Assembly (NCBI GenBank): GCA_963650385.1
Contig: CAVJLL010000005.1
Coordinates: 5,959 to 69,958 of the forward strand
Reading direction: 5' to 3'
From: Clostridium sp. CAG:508
GTDB lineage: Bacteria; Bacillota; Clostridia; Lachnospirales; Lachnospiraceae
DNA length: 64,000 nucleotides
Below, piece after piece: positions 42,354 to 51,131 of this stretch. How positions within the stretch are numbered: position 1 is the first letter of the stretch; every line of letters begins with the position of its first letter. The position numbers and the translations under genes are program-made. Under the pieces are notes generated by a model. That model made no database searches, had not been told where the DNA came from, and was given only the letters and a program-made list of their open reading frames with translations.

Positions 42354-43723
42354 TTCTTCTCTCCGCCCTCGGCAGCTGCCTTCTGTGCTTGTGCCGCAGC
42401 CTGAGCGGCCTGTCGACGCTGCTGCTCCTGTTTGGCTTCATAGTGGAGCTCCAGCAGATCCTCCAGATTATCCCGGAAATAGGAACACGAGCTATGCTTC
42501 ACGTCCGTATGCAGATTTTTCTGCCGGATTCTGTGACATCCTCCGTCACAAATCGGGAAACAGAAGCACTCCTTACACTCTTGCGAATCCAGATAGGAGC
42601 ATCCCTCCATTCCTTCTGCCAGAAGTGCCATATTCCAATTGTCAAAACGATCAATGGATCCGATGACCTTTTCCTTAAGCCCTACGTCATCCCAACACTT
42701 ATACAGCTCTCCGTCCGGTCCGACAACATAGGCATTGCGGCAGTTCAGGGTACATCCCGGTCCCTTTTTCTGCGGGAACAGCGGAAGCGCCGTGATTCTC
42801 TCCTCTCTTGCCATTCTGGATATGAACTCTCCCTGCGCCTTCGGCTCAAAGAAGCAGCTGCAGTCCGGATGATCATCTCCCTTTACAAAGCCGGGATATA
42901 CCGTAATTCTCTTCCCGAAATCCTTTGCATACCGTTTCCGAATCATGCGGAATACATCTGCATACTCGTCCTCATTGCGGCTGTCTACATTCACGCGAAT
43001 ATGAATCATTCCCTTGAAATTCGTGGCAAGAATCCGATCAATATTATCCAGGATCACATCGTAGGTCGGTGCTCCGTTCTTTAAATATCTTCTCCCGTCG
43101 TGCGTCTCCTTCCTGCCGTCCAGCGTAATCTGAAGGTATCCGATGTGCAGATCGTTTAATTTTGCAATTTTGTCATCCGTCATCAGGTAGCCATTTGTGA
43201 TCATACTGGCAGTATAGGTTTTATCCATATCCTTCAGGCGTTTATCAATACTGAGAATCCGGTCAAAGGCCAGAAGCGGCTCTCCTCCGTACCAGATGAT
43301 CGACAGATTGTCTGCCTTGAAGCTCTTAATAAAGCGGATCAGCTTATCTTCCACCTCCTGGGTCATCGGTTTTCCTGTGCGGTTTCCCTCAAAGCAATAG
43401 CTGCAGTCAAAATTGCAGGCTCTGGTGACTGCAAGCGTCAGTGTAAGAGTATTCCCCGCATAACGCCGCGTCAGATTTCTCATCTTGATAATGTTGTACA
43501 GATCGTCGTCCCGATGGTCTTCTACCAGATAGCCCAGCGCACGCAGCCGCATGTACAGCATGGGGATCTTCGAATAATCGTATCCCTCCGGATCCTGCAT
43601 AATCCCCCGGATAATCTCCACTTCCTCATCCGGTACCTTCATAAAGGCGCGCGATGCCGAATGGAACAGCAGCCATCCATTCCTCTGTGATTCAAACAAC
43701 TTGCTGTATCTTGACCATTTCAT
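42350..43723 (-). CDS. Radical SAM/SPASM-domain peptide maturase (sacti-/ranthipeptide-type thioether synthase candidate)
   Basis: CNFDCSYC at nt 43394-43417, WYGGEPLL, and a C-terminal auxiliary-cluster Cys pattern (CTLNC...YKCWDD...CSYLDSQECKECFCFPICDGGCHRIR). About 95 aa precede the cluster motif, which may form a peptide-recognition region. AAGGAGAG RBS. Confidence 0.85.
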   Translation of the reverse strand: MKWSRYSKLFESQRNGWLLFHSASRAFMKVPDEEVEIIRGIMQDPEGYDYSKIPMLYMRLRALGYLVEDHRDDDLYNIIKMRNLTRRYAGNTLTLTLAVTRACNFDCSYCFEGNRTGKPMTQEVEDKLIRFIKSFKADNLSIIWYGGEPLLAFDRILSIDKRLKDMDKTYTASMITNGYLMTDDKIAKLNDLHIGYLQITLDGRKETHDGRRYLKNGAPTYDVILDNIDRILATNFKGMIHIRVNVDSRNEDEYADVFRMIRKRYAKDFGKRITVYPGFVKGDDHPDCSCFFEPKAQGEFISRMAREERITALPLFPQKKGPGCTLNCRNAYVVGPDGELYKCWDDVGLKEKVIGSIDRFDNWNMALLAEGMEGCSYLDSQECKECFCFPICDGGCHRIRQKNLHTDVKHSSCSYFRDNLEDLLELHYEAKQEQQRRQAAQAAAQAQKAAAEGGEKK

Positions 43724-43738
43724 CCTTACTCTCCTTTT

Positions 43739-45910
43739 TTATCCGGTCACCGTCTGGTAGCCGGCAAGTCTGTAAAACAATCCCTTCTGCTCCATCAGTT
43801 CTTTATAGCTTCCAATCTCTGCAATGCTGCCCTTTTCAAGTACAACAATGCGGTCACAGTGCACGACTGTTGACAACCGGTGTGCCACCACAATGCGTGT
43901 TGCATTATACGTATTCAGGCTCTGACAGATCTTCTCCTGCGATACATTGTCCAGTGCACTGGTTGCCTCATCAAACAGAAGAACGGTCGGCTGTCCGACC
44001 AGCGCCCTGGCGATCAGAATCCGCTGTCTTTCTCCGCCCGACAGAGTTCTGCCCTGCTCTGATACGAAGGTTTCCAGCCCCATCGGCATTTTCTCCACAA
44101 CATCGGTCAGCTGCGAATCCTCCACTGCCTTCTGAATTTCCTCCGGTGCAGCCTTGGGACAGGTCACCGTAATGTTGCGGCGGATCGTGCCGGAGAAGAG
44201 TCGTCCCTCCTGCAGCACCACGCCCAGCTTCTTTCTGAATTCCGGCAGGCAGAGCCTCTCCAGCGAAATTCCATCGTAATAGATCTGTCCCTTCAGCGGG
44301 GTTTCAAATCCCAGCAGCAGCCGAAGCAATGTGGATTTTCCGCAGCCGGTCTCACCGACAATTCCAATATACTCTCCCGGCTTTATATGAAGGGAAATAT
44401 CCTTCAATACCATTTCCCCCTTTTTTTCATAGCAGAAGCTCACATGGGAAAGCTCAATATCTCCCTTCAGCGCTTTCGGGATATCCCCTTCCAGACTGCT
44501 CTCCGGCTCCATCCGCAGCAGCTCGGATGACTCCACCAGTGTGGGGATCGAGGATACGATATCCATCCCCGCATTGGCCACACTGCACATTGCGGCTGTA
44601 AACGCCGTCAATGCTGTCAAAAAGCCCATAAATATGCCAATATTGATGTCCAGGTTCTGTGTCGCATAGATCCAGTACAGCACCAGCATAGACAAGGCAC
44701 TTCCGGATGTACTCAGGGCAGAGGAAAGTCTTTTGTTCCAGGCAATACTCTGATCCGCAAGCTCCGCCCCCGAAGCCAGCTCCATGTGTTCACATACTAC
44801 GTCGTCCTCCGCTCCTGCCGTTCGAATGGATTCAATTCCCTGCAGAGACTGATAGAGGAACGATCGCTGCCGACCGATGGCTCTTGATTTGTCCTGCTGC
44901 GCCCTTCGGTCCAGAAAGCCTATCCCTATCGTAATGGCAACATTCAAAACCACAAATCCGGAAGAAATATGACTCAGGAGCGAGGAATACTGATGCATCT
45001 TCCAGATGTAGATCAGCGAAAAGGCACCGCGAAGGAGGATCTGCATCGCATTCTGAAATGCACTCATATAGGTTGAATTCATTTTCTGAATTCGATAGGC
45101 CTGCTCTGCACTCTCCTTCTCACGAAAGCACTTCTCCGGGAGATGGAAAATGTGATCATAGATTGCCCCCTGCAGTGCATAGCGAACGATACTGGTAATG
45201 CGATAGTTTTCCAACGCGCCCGTTACTGTAAAACACAGGTTTGCCGCCATGCATGAAAGAAGAACAACTCCAATGCCAATCAGCTGATCCACATCGCCGG
45301 TTGGTATAATCTCATCGAAGATCAGCTGATTCAATGTTGCAAGCTGTACCGAGATCAGTGTGACAATTCCCGTACACCCTATGCAGAACAGGAAATCAGA
45401 CGGGCGAAAGGCCTTCAATGCCAATCTGAAAATATCCTGGAAGGTTACCTTTTTCGCAGGAAAGGTCCAATGGAACTCTACGGCCGTATTTTCCAGCTCC
45501 TCCAGCTCTTTCTTAGAAGCCGTATGCGAGCTTTTGTCTGCCGGATCAATCAATGTCACAGTTCCCCTGTGTCCCGGTTTACAGATCAGATATTCAGGGC
45601 TTCCCCTTTTCCTGCACAGAATGGGATAGGTCAGCATCCGGTTCCAGTTCTTATCCAGTGTTACGGATCTGGAAATGAACCCGGAAACTCTGGCAATGTC
45701 CTCCAGTCCCGCATCCTGCCCGCATGCCTCGCGCACCCGTTCATAAGGTGCAATCGTAATCCCCATCAGCTGACAAAGGTAATTGGCCGCGTCATAAAGC
45801 GAATTGCCGCTCGGCTTCATACGGCTGAACTTACGTTTGGCTTTCTTCTCGAACGTAGATAATATGATATTGCAAGTGCGAGTCTGTACGGTCGTCATAT
45901 TCTCTGACAT
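43739..45910 (-). CDS. NHLP-type bacteriocin export ABC transporter, permease/ATPase subunit (no active peptidase)
   Basis: 723 aa with a 6-TM exporter core, Walker A GETGCGKST, LSGGERQR and LLFDEATS. The N-terminal region lacks a C39 catalytic Cys context. Confidence 0.8.
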   Translation of the reverse strand: MSENMTTVQTRTCNIILSTFEKKAKRKFSRMKPSGNSLYDAANYLCQLMGITIAPYERVREACGQDAGLEDIARVSGFISRSVTLDKNWNRMLTYPILCRKRGSPEYLICKPGHRGTVTLIDPADKSSHTASKKELEELENTAVEFHWTFPAKKVTFQDIFRLALKAFRPSDFLFCIGCTGIVTLISVQLATLNQLIFDEIIPTGDVDQLIGIGVVLLSCMAANLCFTVTGALENYRITSIVRYALQGAIYDHIFHLPEKCFREKESAEQAYRIQKMNSTYMSAFQNAMQILLRGAFSLIYIWKMHQYSSLLSHISSGFVVLNVAITIGIGFLDRRAQQDKSRAIGRQRSFLYQSLQGIESIRTAGAEDDVVCEHMELASGAELADQSIAWNKRLSSALSTSGSALSMLVLYWIYATQNLDINIGIFMGFLTALTAFTAAMCSVANAGMDIVSSIPTLVESSELLRMEPESSLEGDIPKALKGDIELSHVSFCYEKKGEMVLKDISLHIKPGEYIGIVGETGCGKSTLLRLLLGFETPLKGQIYYDGISLERLCLPEFRKKLGVVLQEGRLFSGTIRRNITVTCPKAAPEEIQKAVEDSQLTDVVEKMPMGLETFVSEQGRTLSGGERQRILIARALVGQPTVLLFDEATSALDNVSQEKICQSLNTYNATRIVVAHRLSTVVHCDRIVVLEKGSIAEIGSYKELMEQKGLFYRLAGYQTVTG

Positions 45911-45922
45911 AGCATTCTCCCG

Positions 45923-48103
45923 TTATCCCTCGAGCAGTCTGCGATATTCCCCTTCCTGCTGCAGCAAGTCCTCATGCCTCCCGCATTGAACAATTCTTCC
46001 CCGGTCCATTACCAGAATCAGATCACAGCTGCGGATTGCCGACAGGCGATGTGCCACGATCACGCAGGATATTCCTCTTTCCAGGATATTCCGCATCACC
46101 TTGTCTTCCGTTTCCGGATCCATGGCACTCGTCGCCTCGTCCAGAAGGAGTATGGCAGGCTTTTCCGCCAGAGCTCTTGCGATCTGCAGCTTCTGCCGCT
46201 GGCCGCCGGAAAGATTTGCGGCACCTTCCTTCAACCGATACTCCATTCCGCCCGGCAGTGTATTGACCATGTCATAGGCATCCGCACATTTCAGTGCCTC
46301 CACCATCTCCGCCTCGGATATCTCCTTGCTCCAGAACGTCAGATTCTCACGTATGGTCCCTGCGAAAAAGAATGCACTCTGTCCGACTACAGCAATATTC
46401 TTCTTCAGAAGCTGTGGTGTCATATCCTGTATTCGAATCCCATCATACCGAATTTCACCGCTCTGCGGATATAAAATACCGGCCAATATGCGTACAAGCG
46501 TGCTCTTGCCGCAGCCGGAGGCTCCCGTGATTCCCAGGCAACTCCCCGGCATGAGCCGGAAGCTGAGTTCCTGCAGCACCGGTGCCTGGGTAGTGCGGTA
46601 GGAAAAGGTGATATTGCGAACCTCAATCTCACCCTGCAGCGGCTTTACCGGCTGATTGGCTTCCTCTTCCTTCCGGAAACGGGCATCCTCTTCGGTCCCC
46701 TCGATATCCTCTATGCTGAGCATTTCCGCCTTCAGTGTCTGAATGCTCTGGCTGTAGCCGATCAGTTCGTTCATCGGCTGCGTAAATCCGCCCAGGAGCT
46801 GCACGAAAGCGGTCAGCATGCCTGCGGTAATGCTGCCGTTAATGACCAGTACGCCGCCGATCATCAATACCACAATCTGGAAAATGCCGGAAATAACGGA
46901 CGGAAATGCACTCAGAATCTGCTGCGCCTTTCCCATGTCCTGTTCACTCCCGGTCGTCCCGCAGAAGGCCCCCAGGATGTCACTTGCATAATCTGTCTCT
47001 GCTCCGTTCGCCTTGATGGTGCTGAAGACCGACAAGCCGGCGCATAATAGGCCGGAAAGCCGGTTCTGATCCTGGCGCTGCTTCAGCGCCATTTCGCGAA
47101 GGACCTGCACCGGCAGAAGGCTTAAAACCATGTTCAGCACGGTTCCGAGCACGCCGATTGCCGTCAAGAGCGGACTGTATGTCCACAGCATCAGCAGATA
47201 AAATATCGATTCAAAGACATTCAGCACCGCATCAATCAGCTTATCTGCAAGAAAGCTGTTGATATCACCGTTGTTCTCTACCCGCTGTGACATCTCCCCC
47301 AAATATCTCTGATCAAAAAACGGGATCGGAAGGCGAAATAAATGCCGCAGCAGCTGATAGTCGGTCAGTATATTCAGCTTCAGCTTCAATTTGGCCAGGG
47401 TCGCTGACCGGACCCACCCGAGCACGATCTGCAGAACGTATACTCCCGCAAGGCACGTCAGCAGCAGCACAAGCTGACCGGTTCTGCCATTCATGACGAC
47501 ATGGTCCACATACAGCTGCAGCAGGATTGACATAAAAATGCACGGAAAAACAAGAAGTCCTCCCGCCAGCAGCAGATAGACCACCGTACTCGTCTGTCCC
47601 AAAAGGCGCTCCTGCAGCAGCCGCAGCAGATCGCTGGGCTGTTCTTTTCTCTGGAAGTGCTCCGTTTCTTCGAAGTACAGCACAATGCCGGTAAATTCCC
47701 GGTCCAGCTCCTCCCAGGTGATCTTCCGGTGCCCCCTGGCCGGGTCATTGAGGTATACCCGTTTGCCGCGAATGCCTTCCAGAACCACAAAGTGATTAAA
47801 TCCCCAGTGCAGGATACAGGGCAGCGGAAATTTCCGGAGCTCCTCCACTGATTTGGAAAAGCCATGCCCCTTCATGCCATAGTGCTCTGCCGCCAGAACC
47901 AGGTCTGCTGCACTGCTGCCGTCCCTGGATACTCCGCAGACATACCGCAGCTCCTCCATCGAGACATTGCAGTGATGATATTTCAGAATCATGAGGAGGC
48001 TGGCCGCGCCGCACTCTGCAGCCTCCACCTGAAAGACCTCCGGTGTATGAACCCGCCGCGGTTGTTTTTGTGTATCTGACTTCCGTCGTCTGCTCTTCAC
48101 CAT
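45923..48103 (-). CDS. NHLP-type bacteriocin export ABC transporter with N-terminal C39 peptidase domain
   Basis: 726 aa. The C39 triad context is intact: QVEAAECGAASL (Cys), NHFVVLE (His), LNDPARG (Asp). ABC motifs GASGCGKST, LSGGQRQK and LLLDEATS. TAATG overlap with the upstream adaptor gene. Confidence 0.88.
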   Translation of the reverse strand: MVKSRRRKSDTQKQPRRVHTPEVFQVEAAECGAASLLMILKYHHCNVSMEELRYVCGVSRDGSSAADLVLAAEHYGMKGHGFSKSVEELRKFPLPCILHWGFNHFVVLEGIRGKRVYLNDPARGHRKITWEELDREFTGIVLYFEETEHFQRKEQPSDLLRLLQERLLGQTSTVVYLLLAGGLLVFPCIFMSILLQLYVDHVVMNGRTGQLVLLLTCLAGVYVLQIVLGWVRSATLAKLKLKLNILTDYQLLRHLFRLPIPFFDQRYLGEMSQRVENNGDINSFLADKLIDAVLNVFESIFYLLMLWTYSPLLTAIGVLGTVLNMVLSLLPVQVLREMALKQRQDQNRLSGLLCAGLSVFSTIKANGAETDYASDILGAFCGTTGSEQDMGKAQQILSAFPSVISGIFQIVVLMIGGVLVINGSITAGMLTAFVQLLGGFTQPMNELIGYSQSIQTLKAEMLSIEDIEGTEEDARFRKEEEANQPVKPLQGEIEVRNITFSYRTTQAPVLQELSFRLMPGSCLGITGASGCGKSTLVRILAGILYPQSGEIRYDGIRIQDMTPQLLKKNIAVVGQSAFFFAGTIRENLTFWSKEISEAEMVEALKCADAYDMVNTLPGGMEYRLKEGAANLSGGQRQKLQIARALAEKPAILLLDEATSAMDPETEDKVMRNILERGISCVIVAHRLSAIRSCDLILVMDRGRIVQCGRHEDLLQQEGEYRRLLEG

Positions 48104-48720
48104 TATTCATCCTCAAACAACTGCTCTAATGCAGGAATTCCTACTGCAATCGGACGTTCCTTCGATGTCACAATGGACATGCTCACGAAGGTCCCGTTAT
48201 GAAGCGACAGCGATCCTCCCCTGGGGTTGCTCCAGTAGTATCCGTTTTCCATCTGCGAATCCTCCTGCAGCTTGCAGATCACGGTCATCATCGGTGTATT
48301 GCTCTGCTGATATGCGCGCACCAGGGCATCATTTCCCAGAAGTGACTGCATTTCCTCCTCTGTGGCCGCATAGTCATCCACATAAGAGATAACCCCCTTC
48401 ATATGTCCGTATTTCTGCTGGTTATAGCCGGCCATGTACATGGTCACCTCCATGCCTACCTCAAGCGATTTACCGCTTGTCATCGGCAGAAAGGTTATGA
48501 TCTCCCCCTCGGATGTGACCCCGGGATGATAGATTCCTGTTGCACTGACATTCTCCGTAATCCATCCGGTACACGACCAGACCAGCACGGAAATCACGAT
48601 GATGAAGCCTCCCAGCAGGATCAGCCACATGGGTGCTGAGGTCACTGTAATCATCTTATCCAGCTGCATTACCGTCGAATTCTCATCCGCTTTTTTGCGA
48701 TAGATTCCTTCCATTCCCAT
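48103..48720 (-). CDS. Short HlyD-like secretion adaptor (205 aa)
   Basis: One N-terminal TM helix (MWLILLGGFIIVISVLVW) followed by a beta-rich segment (GMEVTMYMAG...GHMKGVISYVDD). It is the first cistron of the export/maturation operon, with a GGGAGG RBS. It is much shorter than the roughly 400-aa HlyD adaptors I know. Confidence 0.6.
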   Translation of the reverse strand: MGMEGIYRKKADENSTVMQLDKMITVTSAPMWLILLGGFIIVISVLVWSCTGWITENVSATGIYHPGVTSEGEIITFLPMTSGKSLEVGMEVTMYMAGYNQQKYGHMKGVISYVDDYAATEEEMQSLLGNDALVRAYQQSNTPMMTVICKLQEDSQMENGYYWSNPRGGSLSLHNGTFVSMSIVTSKERPIAVGIPALEQLFEDE

Positions 48721-48816
48721 TGGCCTCCCATTGGTCCCATGGCCGTTCTCTGTTGATGTACAGCTCTTCCATGTCCCGTCAATCTGTACAGCGTGTTCAC
48801 ATTACATCTGCGCACC

Positions 48817-49833
48817 TCACCCCACCGGAATCCCCCGCAGCCGCATCGACAGCCGGTGCGCGCGCCGCACCAGGACGGGTGCCGCGGCCAGGATCGTCAG
48901 GTACACCCGGTCCCGGTGCGTCAGGTACGGATTTTCCCGGATGTCGGTGCGGTGCTGCCGCAGATACTCCACCACATTCCGGTAGAATACATTTTCCCTC
49001 TGCATATCCGCAATGGGGACATGCAGCATATAATCCAGCCGCTCGTACAGGCCAAACCGCCGGGCCGCCACCTGGAGCTTGGGATAGCGCGGCACAAGGT
49101 GCTCCTCCACGTAATCCGACGCCTCGATGATCGCAATATAGGCCCTCGAGAACTGCCCCGCGCTGCGGCGCCTTGTCAGACTCCCGCTCCGATGCACGAC
49201 GCGGTAGCCGATCTGCGGCAGATTGTAAATCCCGTCAATCACATCCACGAGGTGCGTCTCCAGGTCGAAATCCTCGCACAGCGCCCCCACCTTAAAGGGA
49301 TGCTCCAGCAGAATCCTCCTGGGAGTCAGCTTCGTACAGAACGACGCATCGCCGGTGTACAGGAGCATGCTCTGAATAAACAGGACCGGCGAGACCAGCA
49401 CCGGCTCTTCCGGGGGCAGCACCGCCGCCGGGAGGGGCCTCCCCGCTTCGTCGATTTCCTCCCGCCCGATCTGGATCTGCACATTGGTATGTCCGGCGAC
49501 CCGCATGGCCTCCATGCCGGCGCGGAGGTGCTCCAGCATATCCGGATAAACAAGGTCATCCGAATCCACAAAGCTGATGTACTCGCCCCTTGCCGCGAGG
49601 ACCCCGGCATTGCGCGCCGCGGACAGACCCTGATTTTCCTGGCTGATGACGCGAATGCGGGGATCACACTTCTCCAGCTCCCAGCACACCTCCAGAGATC
49701 CGTCCGTCGAGCCGTCATTCACCAGCAGAATTTCAAAATCCGGGTCCGTCTGTGCCTGGACGGCCGCCACTGTTTTCCGCAGAAACGGTTCTGAGTTGTA
49801 AACGGGCACTACCACTGAAATCTGTTCGTTCAC
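48817..49833 (-). CDS. Glycosyltransferase family 2
   Basis: ISVVVPVYNSEPFLRKTV...LLVNDGSTDGS...VDSDD. I prefer the GTG start at 49833 (GTGA overlap with the upstream stop, GGAGGAGG RBS) over the track start at 50007. Confidence 0.85.
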   Translation of the reverse strand: MNEQISVVVPVYNSEPFLRKTVAAVQAQTDPDFEILLVNDGSTDGSLEVCWELEKCDPRIRVISQENQGLSAARNAGVLAARGEYISFVDSDDLVYPDMLEHLRAGMEAMRVAGHTNVQIQIGREEIDEAGRPLPAAVLPPEEPVLVSPVLFIQSMLLYTGDASFCTKLTPRRILLEHPFKVGALCEDFDLETHLVDVIDGIYNLPQIGYRVVHRSGSLTRRRSAGQFSRAYIAIIEASDYVEEHLVPRYPKLQVAARRFGLYERLDYMLHVPIADMQRENVFYRNVVEYLRQHRTDIRENPYLTHRDRVYLTILAAAPVLVRRAHRLSMRLRGIPVG

Positions 49834-51131
49834 TGCTCCTCCTCCAGCACCTCCGCCGGTGCACCGGACAGCCGCGCCGCCTTTAAGAACGGCCGGAGCG
49901 AGGGGTCCTGACTCATCGGCCCCTCCGCCGGCAGGTCCCGGTTCAGGCGCCGCACCAGCTGCCGGATTCTGCGCTTGTTCTGTGTCCGCGCCTTCGCCGC
50001 ATCGCACAGAGGCAGAACCTTCTCGCCGAACTCAAGGAACCGCTCCGCCGCCGCATCGGCATTCCATATGGTCTGAATCTTGCGGAACGAGAGCGCCGCA
50101 AACCGCTCACACAGCTCCGTGTCCTCCATCAGGCGCTCCGTCTTGCGCACGAGATCGTCCTCGTCCCCGTCCGCATACACATAGCCGTTCACGCCGTTCT
50201 GAATCAGGTACGGTACCGCGCCTGCCTCCGCCCCGGCGATGGGCGCGCAGCCGCTGTTCATTGCCTCGTTGAGCACGGCGCCCCACCCTTCTCCGTGGTC
50301 ACTCGTCAGAATGAAAATGTCGCTGTGCTCCATGATGTCCCGCACAACCTCCGGGCTGCAGAAGCCATGGAAAATAACGCTCTCCTCCAGGCCGTGCTGC
50401 CTTGCAAAGCGGTGCAGCTCCTCGGCCGTCCCTTCCTGCCCGGCTCCTGCATCGCCGACGATGTGCAGGAGGAACCTCTTCCCGTCCTTCTGCAGACGGT
50501 CGGCCAGGGACAGCACGCGCTCTGCGTGCTTGAACCCGACAAAGCGTCCGGCCCACACCAGCTCGGTCACATCCCTTGCTCCCCGGTGACGGATGGGCGG
50601 CCGCCCGCCCTCGTAGATGCGCAGCGGCGGAAAGTAGCCCCACCGGTATTTTTTCTCCGGAAAGGCGCCGATCAGGCCGTAGTCCGAACCCACGTAGGCC
50701 CCGGCACACAGCAGGTAATAGGCACTCCGCCGGAACCTTGTGAAGCTCCGGTATTTGTCCGCCAGACCTCTGGGGGAGAGTGCCTTCCACTGTCCGTCCT
50801 TATAGATTCTCTCGCTGATCTGGAACACCGGCCGGTGGAGCTTCAGCCTCTGCGCGATCAGCGGCCGCAGCTCCGGAACCCAGCCGACGAGCAAAAGGTC
50901 ACAGGCCATCAGCTCGCGCCTTGCCTCCTTCTGATTCGCGGTCCATTTCAGCACCCAGTCCAGCTCCTCCGACCGGTCCTTCCAGCCCATATCCAGACGC
51001 TCCTGCTCCATTTCCTCCATCTGAACAAAAACAAAGCCGTCCCCCAGCCGCTCGAGCATAGCCTCGCAGAAGGGGATCTGGTGATGGTTGATGTAATTCG
51101 CCGCAAAGGCAACGGTAGGCATTCTGTTCAC
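49830..51131 (-). CDS. Glycosyltransferase family 4 (GT-B, WcaL-like)
   Basis: C-terminal EGWGAVLNEAMNSGCAPIA...NGVNGYVY (E-x7-E region). The start is GTG 51131 (GTGA overlap) or ATG 51122. Confidence 0.82.
   Translation of the reverse strand: MNRMPTVAFAANYINHHQIPFCEAMLERLGDGFVFVQMEEMEQERLDMGWKDRSEELDWVLKWTANQKEARRELMACDLLLVGWVPELRPLIAQRLKLHRPVFQISERIYKDGQWKALSPRGLADKYRSFTRFRRSAYYLLCAGAYVGSDYGLIGAFPEKKYRWGYFPPLRIYEGGRPPIRHRGARDVTELVWAGRFVGFKHAERVLSLADRLQKDGKRFLLHIVGDAGAGQEGTAEELHRFARQHGLEESVIFHGFCSPEVVRDIMEHSDIFILTSDHGEGWGAVLNEAMNSGCAPIAGAEAGAVPYLIQNGVNGYVYADGDEDDLVRKTERLMEDTELCERFAALSFRKIQTIWNADAAAERFLEFGEKVLPLCDAAKARTQNKRRIRQLVRRLNRDLPAEGPMSQDPSLRPFLKAARLSGAPAEVLEEEQ

Noticed and set aside
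48103-48720. The short HlyD-like adaptor as a pseudogene or fragment
   Set aside because: It is an intact ORF with a good RBS, a TM anchor and a tight TAATG junction to the next gene. There are no adjacent out-of-frame remnants of a longer adaptor in the 96-nt upstream gap. I kept it as a CDS with moderate confidence.
31411-48816. Calling the low-GC block a mobile element or genomic island
   Set aside because: No integrase, transposase, recombinase, flanking direct repeats or adjacent tRNA are present. Only the compositional shift was seen, and it is reported as a finding rather than as a mobile_element feature.
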